Below are positions 9,857 to 21,884 of a stretch of 38,514 nt of DNA, one piece after another; positions within the stretch are counted from its first letter, which is position 1, and each line of letters opens with the position of its first letter. Below the pieces are notes generated by a model. That model was not told where the DNA came from. It did no database searches and was given only the letters and a program-made list of their open reading frames with translations. The stretch lies in assembly GCA_012862495.1 (NCBI GenBank), contig BLSG01000378.1, positions 177,863 to 216,376 on the forward strand, read 5' to 3'. The position numbers and the translations under genes are program-made. This stretch comes from Thraustochytrium aureum. Lineage: Eukaryota.

Positions 9857-10047
9857 GAGCCGCGTTCCGACGAATCGAGTGCCGCGAAAGTGCACCCATT
9901 GCTCATGAACATTACATCAGAAAAGGAGCGTGGAGCCGCGTTCCGACGAACCCACCAGTCCACACATTGGCGCCCACAAAAAAACTCAACCGCGTTTCGA
10001 CGAACGCTTGCCCCAACACACACACACCTCTGGCGAGTTCCGACAAA
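9857..10047. promoter_or_regulatory. Cluster of four direct copies of the motif CCGCGTTCCGACGAA upstream of the NRPS-like gene
   Basis: Identical 18-mers gagccgcgttccgacgaa at 9857-9874 and 9933-9950, ccgcgtttcgacgaa at 9990-10004 (14/15) and gcgagttccgacaaa at 10033-10047 (12/15). The regulatory role is inferred from position only. Confidence 0.5.
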
Positions 10048-10775
10048 CGGATATGCACACCTCCTCCTCGTAACGAAGTGGTCCTGCACGTCACTTTCCG
10101 CGCGAAACAGCCCTGGGCGCGAAACTGAGGGCCTCTCGTTCGGCGCAACGGATCAATCGATGTCGGGTGCGTCCGACGCNNNNNNNNNNNNNNNNNNNNN
10201 NNNNNNNNNNNNNNNNNNNNNNNNNNNNNNNNNNNNNNNNNNNNNNNNNNNNNNNNNNNNNNNNNNNNNNNNNNNNNNNNNNNNNNNNNNNNNNNNNNNN
10301 NNNNNNNNNNNNNNNNNNNNNNNNNNNNNNNNNNNNNNNNNNNNNNNNNNNNNNNNNNNNNNNNNNNNNNNNNNNNNNNNNNNNNNNNNNNNNNNNNNNN
10401 NNNNNNNNNNNNNNNNNNNNNNNNNNNNNNNNNNNNNNNNNNNNNNNNNNNNNNNNNNNNNNNNNNNNNNNNNNNNNNNNNNNNNNNNNNNNNNNNNNNN
10501 NNNNNNNNNNNNNNNNNNNNNNNNNNNNNGGCTTGCGACCTGCCTGTGTATTTGGGCCTGCTTTGCGCCCTTTGGCTGCGCGGTGGGCGCTGCTGGTGGC
10601 ACGTCGAGTTGGCGTCGATTGCAGGGTCCTGTGAAGGACGCTCGAGCTCGCGCTTGAAGCTGTCGAGTGCGACACCGCCTGGTCGCTCTACCCGTGCGTG
10701 CCTTGCAGGTCGAAGCGGTCCGACCCGCCCACACGGTCGCCAGTCTAGCACAAGCCGTTGGGTTTGGGAGTGAGG

Positions 10776-12756
10776 ATGCTTAGCGGCGACGATCTCGACG
10801 AGGAGACTGCCGCACTGCTTGCCGAGAGCGCGCGACTGGTAAAGGGAGTGTTCCCTGACGAGAGCGAGGCGCAACGGTGCTCGTCGCGTGGGTCAACAAG
10901 GAGTTTGTCCCGCGGGGGGCACCCTGGAAGGGGGATCAGCGCAGCGCAGACTCGAGCAACACCGGTGGACACCAACGAAAATGCGCGTGCCGTCGCGGTC
11001 GATGGGGAAGGGGCCAAGGTTGTTGCAAAGAAGAAACGAAAGACAAAGCTCATGAAGCGGCCGCGGCAGCATCAGGAGGTCAAGTTTGGCGCCAGGCTCA
11101 AGCGCAACATGGAAGCAGAGGTTGCGCGGGACGAAAAGGAGCTTGAAGAGGAGGAAAAGCTCCAAGAGCTCCAAGACAAAGGCAAGGTCCCTCCGGGCAC
11201 CCTTGAGCGGCATCGCAAGGCCGCCGCGGCAGAGAGAGCATCAAAGCCAGCGGCCAGCGGCTTGGAAAAGAGCACCCTCGAGGACCGCGAGTGGGAAAAC
11301 GAACTTGCAAGGAGCATCTTGTCGCTGTACCAGGCAAACGCGCCAGGCGAGGGCCCACAGCCAGCAAGGGAATCCGTCGCCAACGGGTCGCAGGCCGGAC
11401 CGCTGCAGAGGCGCTCGACTCGCGCCGTGCTCCCGGCGATAAATCAGAAGAAGGCGCGCTCGCCATCCCACATTTGGTTTTCTGGGAGCGGCGCAGTTCG
11501 CGCCGTCTGGTGCAGCCTGAGCGACGAGTCCTTTGCGCCCGACCCGCGCAAAAAGCGCTTTGACATGTCGAAGTGCTCACACAGCCTCTGCGTAGAGCTG
11601 CGCGATCTCGAAGCCAAGTGCCAGTTCGACAAGTACGTCGAAATCGTGACGGAACGGCTGCAAAACTTCTCGCGGCAGCGCGCTTTTGACCGCGCAGAGC
11701 AGAGGCAGTTGGAGCGGGCGACGGCCGCCGCCGCGCAGCGAGCAGCAGGAGCTCGCTCTCATCGCGCTGAGGGCAAAGCGCCCGAGGCCGACGAGCCCGA
11801 GGGCGCCAAAGGCAGCTGCGACGAGACCCTAGCCGCGTCCGCGCCTAGCCACAGGGATGATCAAGCCTCGAGCGGCGCGGCGTTCGAGTACTTGGCAGAT
11901 GCCGAGCTGCAAGGGCTGCAGGAGGACTATTTTATTGACTGGGAGACGATCGACCCGTCTGTACTGGCCGACCCCCGCGGCGACCTTGTGGAGCGGATGA
12001 TGTGGCGCCAGGTTGCGGTTTGCTGCAACATTTTTGGCGTCAAGCTAACCGATTTGGGCAAGTTTGGCGCCGCGCTCACCCTTTTGAAGCGCGCCGAAAT
12101 GCTGCTGGAAGGCACGAGCACAATGGAGGGCGGGAGCGCGTTCATTGGCTCGATCCGGCTTCAGCTGCGCGGCTTTATCTTCGACAGCCTCGCGTACTAC
12201 TACTTCAAGCGGCGGAAGAGCAACGCAGCGGCCCTGTACAGCCAAAAGGCGATGCGCGCGCATGTCAAGCTGGAGCAGTGGGAGCACGTTGCAAAGTGCC
12301 ATCTCCACTGCGGCACCGTGCTCTCCGTAATGGGCAGGCACGACGACTCGATAAAGTGCATGGGGCAAGTGCTCGAGATGGTCCGAGGACCAGCGCCTCG
12401 AGGTTGGCGGCACCAGCGCGCAAAAGATCTGCCTTGTGGCGGTTTGCTACCACAACATTGCCGTTGAGCAGCTTTTGCTACGGAGACCTGCAGAAGCGTG
12501 CGTGAGCTCCCAGAACGCGCGCCGGCTCGCCCGCCTGTCGCTCAGCTACGCCAACAGGTGGATAAACAGCTTTGAGCGGACGCACCAGGCGGCGCTGCAA
12601 GCTCTCGCGTCGCAACACGCTCACCTCGCCCTTGCTCCTGGACCCAAGGCCGGCGCGGCGCAGCTTGCGTCGCAGGGTAGCAAGCCAGTGCGCGAGTCGC
12701 TCAAGGACCCCAAGGCGCGCCGCCTGTACTTGTCCATTGCAAAGTCGATCGCCTGA
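10776..12756 (+). CDS. TPR-like repeat protein of unknown function; one frameshift at ~12384
   Basis: Long ORF with TPR-like helices (CCNIFGVKLTDLGKFGAALTLLKRAE; FDSLAYYYFKRRKSNAAALYSQKAM; HLHCGTVLSVMGRHDDSIKCMGQVL). Removing one C in gtccgag joins it to LVAVCYHNIAVEQLLLRRPAEACVSSQNA, which ends at 12756. Confidence 0.8.
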
Positions 12757-12988
12757 GCGCCGCATTTCCGCGACGACCAGGGCGGCACGGCACGTCGGCG
12801 CGTTCCAAGCGGACCGCAAAGGAGGGAACGCGGGCCGTGCCACGCCTCGCAAGGGCGCGAAGTGAGCAGAGCAAGTTTGGCTTTATGTGTCCTATTTCAC
12901 AAGTAGGCAAGCAACTCGAAGCATCAAGCAAGCATCGCCGATCTCCCCTGTTGGTAGATACCGTCCCCCAGTCTGAACTTGGCGAGAG

Positions 12989-15319
12989 CTAAATCAGGTT
13001 GCTCAGCGAGCTGTGCATGCTGATCATCCGCTGGCTTGCGTCGCGCGCACCGCCCTGCTGGTTGTCCATCGTAAATGCAAAGCTAAGGCTCTCCTGCGTC
13101 GCTGTACTCTCGCGCACCCCGGGGCTGCCAGCCCACCGCTGCTCCTCGGACGAAGCTTGCCAAACGGCGGGAGGCCCGAGGGGCTCCACATTTGGGATGC
13201 GCCTCCAAGACGAGTCGGTCGAACACGTTCCAGCGCTCTCGGAGCTCTGGTGGGAGGCGTAGCTCGATCCAGAGCTGTGCGACTCTGTGAGCGAAGCGCG
13301 CTCAGCATTCGCTTGGCGCCTCGCTTCCCACGACGCCTCGCTTCGCGACGCAAGCTCTGCCTGGAATCCCGAGGCCGCCGAGTGCTCGGAGGAGTGAGCC
13401 GAGTAGCTAGCCTGAGCGGTGGGGTGCGAGTGGCTTGGGGCGGCTTCGTGCTGCGGCATTGCCCGCTGGCCTTGGTGCGGTCGCGGTGGCATCTGAGGGC
13501 CTCGTTGGCTGTACTCGGAGTTCGACGAGCCAGACGCTGACGAAGACCCTGTCGAATAACCGTCCGACGAGCCCAGCGTCGACTTGGTCGACGCAGAAAA
13601 CGACGAAGAGGCATCGGACGCAGACGAACCACTACTGTTGCGGGTCGCGTGCGCAGCAGGGACTGGCTGCAGAGCCTGCTGACCCAACGGCTGGCTTCCT
13701 TGCGCTGGGCCTGGCGCAAACGGCGCGCCGCGGGATCGAAAAGACATTCGGTTGCCCACGAACCCAGCGGCCTCAGCAATCAAGCGGGCCGGGGCAGAGT
13801 TGTGCCAGCTTGGTGCGGCAGGCGCTGAGGCGAACATCGGGTTTCTCGTCACTTCGTGCGTGACGCCTCCGAGGCCTGCAAACCCGCCCGCCCCTGCGCC
13901 GCCCTCGCCACTCCGACGGCCTTTGAACGGGAAGCTGGAGCCGCCGTCGACCTGGATGGCAACTGCGGACTTTACTCGGCCGTCGACGCTTTGCTGCGCC
14001 TTTCGTCGACGATACACAAGGAGGCCAGCACCTCCGACTGCGATTGCCCCGCCGGCGGCGAGGCCGAGAAGCGCCGAGTTTGATTGTGAAGCCTCGCCAT
14101 CGTTCCCGAGCACAGAAGCACCAAACGTTTTGCGGACATACTTGCGGACAAATGTCCCTGCGCAGGTCGTGGCTTCGTACGAACCCTTTGCGCACGAGCC
14201 CGGCGCGAGGGCCGGCGAGTCGTATAGCCTAGCTGCCGTAGACCTGTCCGTGAAGGTCGCGTATGCGTACCCTATTTTGACGTTGTCCTGATCGTCGAGG
14301 CCGCCGAAAAAGTTGAGGAAACGTGTCGTTTCGCGGAGGAACGTCCGGTCCGGGGCGCCGGTTGAGTCGCCGGGGCTCGCTCGCGATGCGAAGAGCGGGA
14401 TTTGGCGCGCGTTGTTCTTGAGCTCGTTGAGGAGGGCTGCGTGGGAGCCAGCAGCAAACGTGACGCCGTAGAGAACGTTGGCAACGTCGCGCAGACGGTC
14501 TCGCGCTGCTTGAGCAATCATGTGCCCCGACGGGCCTGCTTGAACGATAATGAGCCCCGAGCGCGAGGTTTGCCGGATCGCGGCGACCGCGCCCTCGTGG
14601 ACGGCTCGCGCCTGTTCCCACGAGAGGGCGGCCTCAGGGGCGAGCTGCACCTCGTAGATTAGGTGCTTGGCGCTTCCGAGTTTCGGCGCGAGCTCGGTCC
14701 ACAGCGCAAGCGTGCCCTCCGCTCCCGCAGACGCAGGGGCGGCAGCACTCACTATCGCGTAAACGCCAAGCCGCGCGCATGTACTCACGAAGGCCTGCGC
14801 CCGAGCGACCTGGTCTGGCAGCGCTGCGTCCGCGAGCTCCAGGCGGAGCATGTTGGCGCCCCAGCTCTTGACCAAGACCTCGGCTGCAGACTCCGTCTGA
14901 CAGTCGTCGCCTGCGAGGAGTGTCAGACCTGCAAGCTGGATGTTTTCGCCAAGCTCGTCGATGACGCGCACGCCGTCCAGAGACAGCTGTCCGTGGAACC
15001 CTGCATATCCGGAGTTGTCGACTGGGCCTATGTTTTCTTCCTCGCACGACCCAGCGTCGCCGGATAGGAGGCGGCAATCCCACATTTCGTTGTCAAATGT
15101 GTCGACGACGCCGGGCGCGCAGGTCGCCCTGCAGCCGCTCCAATACTGGCTTTTTCTGTAGCACGCGCTCCCGACCGGGCAACAGTTTGGCTCGGCCTTG
15201 CAGTTCTCGCCCGGCTGCCAGTCGCGACCGCCAGCGGGACAGGTAAACTGCGCTTTTGCGTAGCCGGCGCAAGCGTACGCGGCCGCCACTGCCGCTGCCG
15301 TCCATCTATTGCTTGGCAT
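12989..15319 (-). CDS. Type I membrane protein: signal peptide, Cys-rich CBM1-like module, GH5 (cellulase-like) domain, single TM helix, long Ser-rich tail
   Basis: ATG at 15319 gives MPSNRWTAAAVAAAYACAGYAKAQ. Cys module ENCKAEPNCCPVGSACYRKSQYWSGCRATC. GH5 N-terminal signature HGQLSLDGVRVIDELGENIQLAG, plus WGANMLRL and HLIYEV. TM helix LLGLAAGGAIAVGGAGLLVY followed by RRRK. Confidence 0.8.
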   Translation of the reverse strand: MPSNRWTAAAVAAAYACAGYAKAQFTCPAGGRDWQPGENCKAEPNCCPVGSACYRKSQYWSGCRATCAPGVVDTFDNEMWDCRLLSGDAGSCEEENIGPVDNSGYAGFHGQLSLDGVRVIDELGENIQLAGLTLLAGDDCQTESAAEVLVKSWGANMLRLELADAALPDQVARAQAFVSTCARLGVYAIVSAAAPASAGAEGTLALWTELAPKLGSAKHLIYEVQLAPEAALSWEQARAVHEGAVAAIRQTSRSGLIIVQAGPSGHMIAQAARDRLRDVANVLYGVTFAAGSHAALLNELKNNARQIPLFASRASPGDSTGAPDRTFLRETTRFLNFFGGLDDQDNVKIGYAYATFTDRSTAARLYDSPALAPGSCAKGSYEATTCAGTFVRKYVRKTFGASVLGNDGEASQSNSALLGLAAGGAIAVGGAGLLVYRRRKAQQSVDGRVKSAVAIQVDGGSSFPFKGRRSGEGGAGAGGFAGLGGVTHEVTRNPMFASAPAAPSWHNSAPARLIAEAAGFVGNRMSFRSRGAPFAPGPAQGSQPLGQQALQPVPAAHATRNSSGSSASDASSSFSASTKSTLGSSDGYSTGSSSASGSSNSEYSQRGPQMPPRPHQGQRAMPQHEAAPSHSHPTAQASYSAHSSEHSAASGFQAELASRSEASWEARRQANAERASLTESHSSGSSYASHQSSESAGTCSTDSSWRRIPNVEPLGPPAVWQASSEEQRWAGSPGVRESTATQESLSFAFTMDNQQGGARDASQRMISMHSSLSNLI

Positions 15320-15325
15320 TTTCGG

Positions 15326-15480
15326 CAGGCCGAGTCGCCCTAGGCCGAGACGTCCGAGGCCGAGTCGCCCGAGGCCGAGATGCCCGAGGCGGAGACGCCT
15401 GAGGCCGAGGCGCCCAAGGCCGAGATGCCTGAGGCGGAGACGCCCGAGGCGGAGACGCCCGAGGCGGAGACGCCCGAGGC
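15326..15480. repeat. 15-bp minisatellite (consensus ccgaggcggagacgc), about 10 visible copies running into a gap
   Basis: Directly visible tandem units. It translates as LGRLR/LG repeats on the minus strand or PEAET repeats on the plus strand, and sits immediately upstream of the GH5-like start codon. Confidence 0.9.
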
Positions 15481-16885
15481 NNNNNNNNNNNNNNNNNNNN
15501 NNNNNNNNNNNNNNNNNNNNNNNNNNNNNNNNNNNNNNNNNNNNNNNNNNNNNNNNNNNNNNNNNNNNNNNNNNNNNNNNNNNNNNNNNNNNNNNNNNNN
15601 NNNNNNNNNNNNNNNNNNNNNNNNNNNNNNNNNNNNNNNNNNNNNNNNNNNNNNNNNNNNNNNNNNNNNNNNNNNNNNNNNNNTCGCCAGCGGCCGGCGC
15701 GAGGGCCTCGTTTCGCGCGGCGCGATGTCTGCTCCCACTGCTCAACGCTTTCGACGACCCTGGCGCGGGGAGCCTGGTCTGGTCTCGTGGAAAAGGATGA
15801 TGGGTTGGTTGAGCTCGGTTGCGTTTGAAATCGAGCTTTGCGCTTGCTCTTCCTTGCTGTGCGGCCGGCGCGCAGGCGGTTGTTCAATCAATAGAAAAAC
15901 CTTTCTCGTGCTATTGCGTGCGACGTAGTACCTCCAGGTTTGCTTCTCTCTTTGCAACGTGCGCAGGCCGAAGCGGCGGAGACCTTAGAACGAGTACCTT
16001 CGATGGTGGCAGTTCCGATGGCAGGCCAGCCGGCCAACCCGCGAGCCATGCGCAAACACCAAGGACCGCCCCACCTCTCAGCCTTCCGTGTCGCTTGCTA
16101 GCCCGCCCTTCGCCAAACCGTTGCCGGCACCTAGACAGGGAACTTTGCGGGCGCGCGCCCACAACGAGCCTCGGTGATGACCTGCATCATTCACCCATCC
16201 ATGAACGTGCTGATCCGATCCTCTGTGGCACATGCACAGCCTCCATCGCGCCTTGCGCCCGCCCCAACAACGACGCGTGAGAGTAACCCCCCCGGCGAGC
16301 CAGGCAAGATCCAACCGGTCGAGGCGCAGCGCTTGGCCATCCGAGACATCCGAGTCACGCGGCCAAGCGTGGCACACGCCCACCGCGGCCCCGCCCATTC
16401 TCCGTCGCCCCATCCACGCGGTTTTGCGCGCTCGACGCCGTTCTTCGCCAGCGCCCCAGCCCGGGCTGCATCGGGGCAGACGAGCGCGGTCCATCGGGCT
16501 CCGGAGATTCAAGCAGCGCTTGCTCAACTCCAGCGAGAAAGGGTACAGTGATTCACCGGCTCTCTCGCACATTTTCTCCCATTACGGGTCCAGAATTCGA
16601 TCACGCGATGTAGTGGACAGCAGTGGCGAGCGGCTGGCAGCTGGCAGACTGGCGAGTGCGGGCTGCGCGGAGCGACGAGCTGGCTGGCTGGCTGTCGGGC
16701 TCGCGGCGACTTGGCGCAGGGAGGTCGCTGGCGATACCTACGTAGAGTACGTGCGCTGCGAATCGTGCGCGAGCGCAAGGCGCGGCGCGGGTGGCGGCTG
16801 CCGGCGACGACGTCGGCGTGCGCGAGGAAGCGCGGCGGACTCGTGCGCACGGTCGGCCGCGCGTGGACACGTGCTGGCTTGGGCG

Positions 16886-17233
16886 ATGGAGCGCACGGCG
16901 GTTGGGAGGATGGAGAGGGGCAAGAGCTTTGCGGTGATCACGGCAAAGTGGAATGATCAGACGCTGCCGATGCGCAGCAGGCCGATGGTGTGGCTGTTTG
17001 TGCTCATGTATGCGGTGCTGGTTCCGGCTGTCCTCGCCCTGTCTGCCTCTTTCTTCGTGGGATCGAGCAAGGTCCCACCAACGCTGGGCAAAGTGTTTGA
17101 TGTTGAGGGGAACGAGTGTGGGTACCTTGGTGAGGGCTGCGTGGTCAACACGGCTGTGCCAACAACTTTCCCTACCGCTTTCCCAACGCGGTCGCCGGTG
17201 GTCCCCACGCCCATGCCGACGGGCTCTGTTTGA
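16886..17233 (+). CDS. Small type II membrane protein with Pro/Thr-rich C-terminus
   Basis: MERTAVGRMERGKSF..., hydrophobic helix VWLFVLMYAVLVPAVLALSASFFV, a Cys pair (ECGYLGEGC) and PT repeats (PTTFPTAFPTRSP). An A-rich 3' region follows the stop. Confidence 0.6.
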   Translation: MERTAVGRMERGKSFAVITAKWNDQTLPMRSRPMVWLFVLMYAVLVPAVLALSASFFVGSSKVPPTLGKVFDVEGNECGYLGEGCVVNTAVPTTFPTAFPTRSPVVPTPMPTGSV

Positions 17234-17441
17234 TTGAGACAAAAAAACACCACGAAAACAACATGCCGCTGTAAATGCACCGATACGCCTACATTCTGTG
17301 AGTTCAGTGGTCTCCAACACTGGCAGCTCGCTCACCAGCAGGTTGGATTTGATCTGCACGTATTGCGGCCCACTTGAGCGCACACCTGCCCGCATTCTTC
17401 TGCCCGCGTTCGCCTTCCTGCTGCTTGAAGCAGCGAGCTCA

Positions 17442-20400
17442 TCAGGGCTTCGACGCCGGTTCGTCCGCCGCCGCACCGCCCTCACCTTCTCCTTCCACCA
17501 GACTCCTTCCGCTCAGGCTCCTCGCAGAGCCGTGGTCTCTCGACGACGGCCGACCCTGCGAGCTGAGCTGCCGCGATGACACATAGCGCGACGTCTGGAG
17601 CCGCGACATGGGCGACATCGTATCCGAATTCTCCAAGCGAATGGCAGCACCTCGCTCGCTCACGATAGACGAGGCCTTGCGCCGACGCACGTTGCGCGTT
17701 TCGCCGACACCGAGTTCGGCAAACTCGGGGTCAATGTCCGCTGGCTGAACGGGCTCAATACCTGGCACGGCAGACTGGGCCGTCGCGTCGCCATCGGACG
17801 CGGCAGACTGCAACGACGGCGGCGACTCGCGCGACGCATCGCCTGACTTGTGCTGCACAGCACGGCGAAGCGCGGAAATCCCGATCGGGATTGGCGACAC
17901 GACCAGCTTGGCCGTCTCGCGCAGCACGCTGGCAGCGTCGAACCGGGCACGGCGAGACGTGACCCTCGAGCCGTTGAAAAAACCTCGGTCCTGCTCGATC
18001 AACAGGTTGAGGCTCGACGGGGACAACTCTGACCACGCAAACGCGACCGTCGCAGCAACAATCGCAACGATAGTGGATACAAGAATGACCTGCACCCACG
18101 TAACTGAAGCACCAACCTCGGGGGAGTAAATGTACGACGGCACGGTGAAGATGGCCATCCCCCCCATGAACAAGGCGAGCACGAACAGGAAGGCGAGCGC
18201 AGTCACATTGGTGAATGACGTTCCTGCGAAGAGCTGCTCCAAGAACAACACGAAGAAGACGGTGGTGTAAAGCGCGCCGCCCAGCTCAGCCTGCGTGGCG
18301 ACCACTGGCAGCGCCTCGACGACCAAGCCCCAGATGAGGACAATGTGCACCAACGACTTTAGCAGCACACGAAACATAACCTTGAGGTCGAGGTCGCCAT
18401 TCTGTGCCCCGATCGCATAAGTCCAGGGGTTTTCCAACAGGCTTCGGTCGCTGAGATCGGTGTTGAACCAGCCGTGCGCGATGATCGCAAAGTTGAAGTA
18501 GTACGCCGCAAAGAAAGTATACAGGTAGACGTACATGGCCTGCTGCCCGCTCCAGAGGCAGTACCTGCGACAAAGTGTGCGCGCCGAAACGCAAAAGACC
18601 GCGCGCCGCGTTCATGTCAGCAAAGCACCTCCCAGGTCGCTCCGCACGCCTCGAATCAGGCCAGCGCGGTGGGCACGCCCCCTCCCGGGCGCAGCGGACC
18701 TGCCACCCTCGCCTTGCGACGCAGAGCAAGCGCACTTACGGTTGGAACGTGTACAGGACAAGAAAGTACAAGAGCCAGCAGTAGATCAAGAAGGTTATCA
18801 CCGCAGCGTGCCGCCGATAGTTGTGCCTTCCGTGGACCAGCAAGAGCCGAACCGAAAATCGAAACCTGCAGACGTAGCCGCCGCCGCCGCCACTCTCGTC
18901 AGACAAAACGTGGCCATCGCAAGCAGAGCAAACCTATCGAATCACCGCAACGTACTGTGCGAGAGCAAAATCTGAGGCGTTCGTGGCCTGCTTGCCCTCG
19001 TGGCCGCTGATCCCTATCCCCACGTGCGCCGACTGAATCATCGGGACGTCGTTTGCGCCGTCCCCGATGGCGAGTGTGATCGGTTCGCGACGGAGCGATT
19101 TGTTGTCTGCCGCGTACCGTACCATGTCAACAATGAGCGACTTTTGCTTGGGGCTAACGCGGCACGCAAGTACAACCTTGCAAGCACGTGCGACATGAAG
19201 AAACTTGAGCTCCAGCTCNNNNNNNNNNNNNNNNNNNNNNNNNNNNNNNNNNNNNNNNNNNNNNNNNNNNNNNNNNNNNNNNNNNNNNNNNNNNNNNNNN
19301 NNNNNNNNNNNNNNNNNNNNNNNNNNNNNNNNNNNNNNNNNNNNNNNNNNNNNNNNNNNNNNNNNNNNNNNNNNNNNNNNNNNNNNNNNNNNNNNNNNNN
19401 NNNNNNNNNNNNNNNNNNNNNNNNNNNNNNNNNNNNNNNNNNNNNNNNNNNNNNNNNNNNNNNNNNNNNNNNNNNNNNNNNNNNNNNNNNNNNNNNNNNN
19501 NNNNNNNNNNNNNNNNNNNNNNNNNNNNNNNNNNNNNNNNNNNNNNNNNNNNNNNNNNNNNNNNNNNNNNNNNNNNNNNNNNNNNNNNNNNNNNNNNNNN
19601 NNNNNNNNNNNNNNNNNNNNNNNNNNNNNNNNNNNNNNNNNNNNNNNNNNNNNNNNNNNNNNNNNNNNNNNNNNNNNNNNNNNNNNNNNNNNNNNNNNNN
19701 NNNNNNNNNNNNNNNNNNNNNNNNNNNNNNNNNNNNNNNNNNNNNNNNNNNNNNNNNNNNNNNNNNNNNNNNNNNNNNNNNNNNNNNNNNNNNNNNNACC
19801 TTGTTGTCGGCGCCCTTGAGCATCACCGCGATCGAGCCGTCCTCCCGGCAAACGACGATCGACATGCGCTTTCGCGTGCTGTTGAACGGGTTGAGCGCTA
19901 GGATCTGGTACCGCTGTGTCGACTTGTCTGGGAGCTCAACAAGGACGGCTCCGTCGCTCGCGTCTTGGAGGGAGACGCCGAGCGCGGCTGCGCCCTTCAC
20001 AAATGCTTCCTCGTCTGGGCTCTCCGCGTTGAGCGTCTGCTCGCCGGTTTCCTCGTCGGTTTCGAGGATTACTGTGTGACACACGGCCAGGAAGACAAGC
20101 ATGTCCAGCGCGCCCTGGCGCCCCTGCGCGTCCGAGGGATTTGTGGAGGCGAGATACTTGAGTAGGTCGGCGAAGATTTCGGCCTGCGACCGGTCGGCCA
20201 GTGCGCCCGCAGGCGAGCTACCGGGGTGCGGCGCCGGCGAAGCGAACACCAAGTCCATGCGACCCAGGTCCGCCTTCCGAATCCTTGCAGATTATGGAAT
20301 CGCTCGAGGAAGACTTGGCGCCTTTCGGGGAATGGACCAGGCTGCCGGGCGCGAGCAAGGTCGCCTGCTCGGCGTCGGCCGCGTTGGCGGCTGTCATGGT

Positions 20401-21884
20401 TGCTGATGTCGGCGGTGCTGCCTTGGCGCCGTCGGCGTCGACTTCAGGGGGCACAAATCCAAACATGCTGGTGTTGATGTAGAGGCCGACAAGCTTCATC
20501 TCGTTCCGCGTGAGCGTGCCAGTCTTGTCGCTGAAAAAGTGCGTGATCTGGCCCACCTCGGCGCTAAGCGAGGCCGTGCGACACTTTGCGGGCGTGTCGG
20601 TCTCCGCGTGGTACATCTCGATGTCGTTGTCGACGATGAATTGCATGTACTTGTTCAGTATCTCAATGAGAAGCACCATGGAGATCGGGATAAAGTTGCT
20701 GAAGAGCACAATGTAAGTCAAGAAGAAGGCCAGGCCGCCCGGCAGGAGGTACCCGCTCGTGGAGCTCGTGTACCCAAAGTACCACCAATCCACTGTGTCC
20801 GGCTCCAGGTAGAGCAAGAGCACCGACAGGGCGCACAAGACAACGTAAACCGCAAAAAGGACGTACATCAGCCGATTGACGAGAACGTCGAGGCGGCTGA
20901 ATTTGACCGGCGAGGCTTTGCGCGATAGCGCCAGCTTGGTCTCATGCCCCGCATACGCGACCATGCCGATCACCCACCGCGTGTTGCGCAGCTCCGATCC
21001 GCGAAGGATGAGGTGCCGAAACTCGAGCGGCACCTTGGTCGCGAGTGCTGCGCCTGAGAAGGCTCCGTTGAACTGCAGGAACGCGTTCGGCTGCTCGTAT
21101 TCAAAGGTGCCCTGCACAACGCGCGCCAAAGCTTGCGCGGCACGCTTCTTCTCGGCGTTACCGAACCGCGGCAAACCTTGCAGATCGACCGCTGCGCTGA
21201 TTGTTTGCTGAAGTGCGGCGGGCACCTCCTTGATCTTCAGGTTGGTCTCCCCGTCGATTCCGCTCGTCTCAATATAGCACATACTTCGCTTCTCATTCGA
21301 GGCGCCGTACAAGAGGAGCACGTCGGCGGGAAAGCTCTCGCGGTCCTGCACGACGACGAGGTCGCCGGGCAGGAGGTCGCCCCAGGTGGCATTCACCAGC
21401 GACCCGTCGCGGTACGAGACGCGCAAGACCTTGCGGCCGTTCTCTTCGCGGTCGCCCTTGTGCTTTCCAAAGTCGTCGAGGCCCTCAACCGCCATGCCTG
21501 CAACAACCAGGATCGCAAGGTACGTCGCCGTTCCTGCAGCCTGCCACGGCGTCAAGAACAGTTTTGGGAACACGTTGCCAATCACGAGCAAGATCACGAT
21601 CACCAAAAAGAACATGTTGACGAACCGGCGAAACTGGTACGCGCCTGCCACAGGGACAAACGTCCAGACAGAGTACTTTGACGTCCTGATCGAGTTGTTG
21701 CGCCGGGCGTCAAATCCGAGCCTGACCTGCTCTGCCAGAAACGCCTTGGTGAGCGGCACGCGCAGCTGGATGCTCTTGACGGGCTCGCCCTTCTTGGGGA
21801 CCTTGATCGCCTTGTCAAAGCAGCTGTCCAACCGCAGCCGCCGCAGCACCCTCGCGCAGAGCGACCCTCTCCGATCAATCTCCT
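17442..21884 (-). CDS. P4-type ATPase (phospholipid flippase); start in gap 21885-22206, internal gap 19219-19797, frameshift ~20275, two introns
   Basis: [32 protein letters not shown] (phosphorylation site), [36 protein letters not shown], and spliced [20 protein letters not shown] followed by multiple TM helices. Confidence 0.95.
18565..18739 (-). other. Spliceosomal intron (175 nt) in the P4-ATPase
   Basis: Donor CC|GTAAGT, branch-like GCTGAC, acceptor TCGCAG|G. Splicing gives [11 protein letters not shown], matching the conserved FSGQ loop. Confidence 0.9.
18866..18955 (-). other. Spliceosomal intron (90 nt) in the P4-ATPase
   Basis: Donor CA|GTACGT, branch-like TCTGAC, acceptor TGCAG|G. 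Splicing restores the conserved FALAQFRF..RLLLVHG. Confidence 0.9.

Noticed and set aside
9857..10047. CRISPR-like array
   Set aside because: The repeats are only 15-18 bp, degenerate and unevenly spaced. There are no cas genes and the context is eukaryotic.
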